The translations under genes and the position numbers were made by a program. The notes under the pieces are model-generated. The model did not search any database. It was given only the letters and a program-made list of their open reading frames with translations, and was not told the DNA's origin. Below are positions 61,227 to 64,000 of a stretch of DNA of 64,000 nucleotides, one piece after another. Each line of letters starts with the position of its first letter. Position 1 is the first letter of the stretch. This DNA comes from Chitinophagaceae bacterium (GTDB lineage: Bacteria > Bacteroidota > Bacteroidia > Chitinophagales > Chitinophagaceae), in NCBI GenBank assembly GCA_039811165.1, contig JBDHYC010000012.1, positions 19,090-83,089 of the forward strand. Reading direction: 5' to 3'.

Positions 61227-61282
61227 AAGGCTTTCATTCATGCTTTCAGTTTAGTAAATTTGCGTTTGATTTAATATTATGT

Positions 61283-62383
61283 ATGAAAATAATGAAGCAA
61301 CTTCTTCTTTTATTCCTGGTACCCGTGTTTTCATATGCACAAACGGTAAATAGTAGTTTTGAGATCACGGGGAAAGTGAGTAATCTCAACAATGGTGCTG
61401 AAGTGAAGATTATAAACGGAAACACTAAAGCTGATTTAGCAAAAACAACTGTGAATAACGGTGAGTTTACGCTGAAAGGTTCTGTAATCGAGCCGGGTTT
61501 GTATGCTTTATCTCTGGGGAATAATTCTCAATTCCAATTTTACCTGGAAAACAGTAAGATTCAAATTTCCGGAGATGCCAATCAAGTCGAAAAATTAAAC
61601 GTTACTGGTTCAGTATCTCAAAATGATTTCAGGAAATTTCAGTCCATATTTGACCCTTTGGTGCGTCAGCAAAATGCACTGGCCTCGACAATCAATTCCT
61701 TGCCGGGAGGAGCCGAACGGGATTCATTGCTGGCTATTTATTATGCAACACAAAACAGGATCAACCTGGAGGTAGATAGTTATATTAAGGATAAGCCACA
61801 TTCCATCGTTTCTCCTTTTGTCTTATTTGTAACAACTCAGTTTTTTGACGATATTTCATTACTGGAAAAAAGATTTAAAAGCCTGGATAGTTCCGTTCGT
61901 CATTCGGATATCGGTACATCCCTGGCTGAGTATATTGCCTATAATAAAGTGGGAGCCATCGGAACTGATGCATTGGATTTTACCCAACCGGATACCAGCG
62001 GCTCACCGGTTTCCTTATCTTCCTTCAGGGGCAAATATGTATTAGTGGATTTTTGGGCAAGCTGGTGCCGGCCTTGCCGTTTGGAAAATCCGAATGTAGT
62101 GGCAAGCTTCAATAAATTCAGGAATAAAAATTTTACAGTATTGGGTGTTTCCCTGGACAGGCCCAATGATAAGGAAAAATGGATGGAAGCAATTCACAGT
62201 GATAAGCTGACCTGGACACATGTAAGCGATCTGAAATTCTGGAATAATGCTGCAGCAGTACTGTATCATGTAAGTCAGATTCCACAGAATATGTTGGTTG
62301 ACCCTAATGGCAAAATTGTTGCCCGTGATCTCCGCGGTCCTGCTCTTGAAACAAAACTTTGTGAGCTATTAGGGTGCGACTGA
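61283..62383 (+). CDS. Secreted TlpA/ResA-like thiol-disulfide oxidoreductase (DUF4369 N-domain plus thioredoxin fold)
   Basis: The likely start is the ATG at 61283. It has a signal peptide and the active site FWASWCRPC. Confidence 0.85.
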   Translation: MKIMKQLLLLFLVPVFSYAQTVNSSFEITGKVSNLNNGAEVKIINGNTKADLAKTTVNNGEFTLKGSVIEPGLYALSLGNNSQFQFYLENSKIQISGDANQVEKLNVTGSVSQNDFRKFQSIFDPLVRQQNALASTINSLPGGAERDSLLAIYYATQNRINLEVDSYIKDKPHSIVSPFVLFVTTQFFDDISLLEKRFKSLDSSVRHSDIGTSLAEYIAYNKVGAIGTDALDFTQPDTSGSPVSLSSFRGKYVLVDFWASWCRPCRLENPNVVASFNKFRNKNFTVLGVSLDRPNDKEKWMEAIHSDKLTWTHVSDLKFWNNAAAVLYHVSQIPQNMLVDPNGKIVARDLRGPALETKLCELLGCD

Positions 62384-62726
62384 GCTCACTTTTTTAAATT
62401 TTTGCTCAAAAGCTTAAATTCAATTTCCCCGTTTCCGGCATAATGCTCCACACATATTTCAACATTGTGTTGGTTGCAGGATACCAGCCATATTGTTTTT
62501 CCCCAATTACTTATATTTCTTTGTCCTGTTTAGAAAGTCGAGAGTACATTAAACTACTACGTAAGTTTCTGTGTTAATATTACGCAGGTGGACCGGACTT
62601 GAGGCGGCTGATAAAAATAAAAACGAGCATTAATCGTTTGAAGAAAGGCCGAGTCAAAACCGGGCTGACCTATTCATAATTCAGGCGAATTTTCATAATT
62701 TCATTCCTTGCAGATACGTGTAGCTT

Positions 62727-64000
62727 ATGGTGCAAAAACTGAAGATATATCTCGTATATGTTGCAATGATTAGTATTGCAATTCCTGCCTTTCCTCAACT
62801 TCAGAATTGTCCTGCAAATATCAATTTTTCTTCCGGTAGTATTTCTTCCTGGTCTGCTACAACAGGGTTGATAAATGGCCCTAACCAGCTTTATCCTGCT
62901 CCCAATACCGGAATCACCTCGCTTTCTGAATACAGTATTACAACTACCGGTATTCAAATGATCACAACATCTTCCAGTGATTTATATGGAGATTTTCCAA
63001 CAATTCCTGTTATTAACGGATATTCATACGGGTATTCTGTTAAATTAGGATCAACAGCCACTTCCTGGGATCTTCATTCTTCTTCTCCTAACCCGGGAGG
63101 GTTTACCCGATCCATTACTTACTCAATTAATGTTCCGGCCGGCCCTTCAACTGTTCCGTATACGATGACTTATGCTTATGCAATGGTTTTGGAAAACGGG
63201 ACACATAATACTAATATACAGCCTTTGTTTAAAGCAACATTAAGTACTCCCGATAGTGTAGTTACCTGTGCATCTCCGGAATATTTTATTCCAACCAAAA
63301 ATGATGCTACAGGAGGGGGTGGGGGTGGGGGCAATACCGGTGCTACATTGGACACTGCCGCAGCCATTGCAAGCGGATTTACCTTAAGTCCTGTTTTATT
63401 TTTATCACATTCAGGTCAGTCCGGAAATGCAGGGACCTATTTACAGGATGTTTGGACAAAAGGATGGACAGAAGTTACATTTGACTTATCAGCTTACCGG
63501 GGCAGAACAGTGAGCCTGACCTTTGAAGCTTCTAATTGTGTGCCCGGTGCCCATTTTGCATATGCTTATGTTGCATTGAGAAATAGTTGTGCCGGTCTTG
63601 AGATCAGTGGCAGTCCGGTAGCCTGTATTAATGGAACATTGGAATATTCGGTACCGGCATTGGCTAATGCGACTTACAATTGGACCGTCCCGGCAGGATG
63701 GAATATTGTTTCGGGTGCCAATACCAATATTATCAAAGTTGATGTTGGAAATAACGGGGGCATGATTACAGTTCATGAAGTAAATAGTTGTGCGGATCTG
63801 AGAGATACACTTAATGTTACAACTTCCCCACCTACTGTTGCAGGACAGGTCAATAGCAATAATACAGTCTGTTCCGGTATTAACAGTACTACTTTAACTT
63901 TGAATGGAGCGGTAGGTAATGTTATCAATTGGATTTCTTCCACTGATGGTGTGAACTGGACCTCTGTTTTAAATAATGACATTACTCATACTGCTCAGGA
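62727..64000 (+). CDS. Large secreted/cell-surface protein (N-terminal ~424 aa; continues beyond the window)
   Basis: Not in the ORF track because it is edge-truncated. My translation from the ATG at 62727 reads MVQKLKIYLVYVAMISIAIPAFPQ.... It has a signal peptide, a Gly7 tract and Ig/PKD-like segments typical of Bacteroidota surface proteins. I saw no in-frame stop to nt 64000. Confidence 0.6.
   Translation, partial: MVQKLKIYLVYVAMISIAIPAFPQLQNCPANINFSSGSISSWSATTGLINGPNQLYPAPNTGITSLSEYSITTTGIQMITTSSSDLYGDFPTIPVINGYSYGYSVKLGSTATSWDLHSSSPNPGGFTRSITYSINVPAGPSTVPYTMTYAYAMVLENGTHNTNIQPLFKATLSTPDSVVTCASPEYFIPTKNDATGGGGGGGNTGATLDTAAAIASGFTLSPVLFLSHSGQSGNAGTYLQDVWTKGWTEVTFDLSAYRGRTVSLTFEASNCVPGAHFAYAYVALRNSCAGLEISGSPVACINGTLEYSVPALANATYNWTVPAGWNIVSGANTNIIKVDVGNNGGMITVHEVNSCADLRDTLNVTTSPPTVAGQVNSNNTVCSGINSTTLTLNGAVGNVINWISSTDGVNWTSVLNNDITHTAQ

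Overview
This is a Bacteroidota-type chromosomal segment (Chitinophagaceae/Sphingobacteriia-like, roughly 40% GC from spot counts). Most of it is ordinary metabolism. It carries pyrG, bshC, purK/purE, hppD and lysC, plus a complete trpE-G-D-C-F-B-(orf)-A operon with a WWW leader-peptide attenuator. It also carries a glycosidase/hydroxyproline cluster, an RND efflux operon, a phospholipase C and an S9 peptidase. A TPR-histidine kinase/LuxR pair is followed by six secreted proteins of unknown function. The stand-out region is 14.5-24.0 kb, a type II-C CRISPR-Cas9 locus. It has 22 intact 47-nt repeats, cas2, cas1, cas9 and a clearly recognisable divergent tracrRNA. The locus has four unusual properties. 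(1) cas9 is split into 335-aa and 1116-aa ORFs exactly at an A12 homopolymer, with all catalytic motifs intact. (2) An IS200/IS605-type Y1 HUH transposase (RAYT-like) and about 10 REP hairpins sit between the array and cas2. (3) The cas-distal end of the array has decayed into repeat remnants interrupted by small hairpin insertions, and an 87-aa ORF exactly fills one spacer slot between two degenerate repeats. (4) Each repeat carries a Bacteroidetes-like -7 promoter motif. All calls come from reading the sequence and ORF track; no database searches were run.
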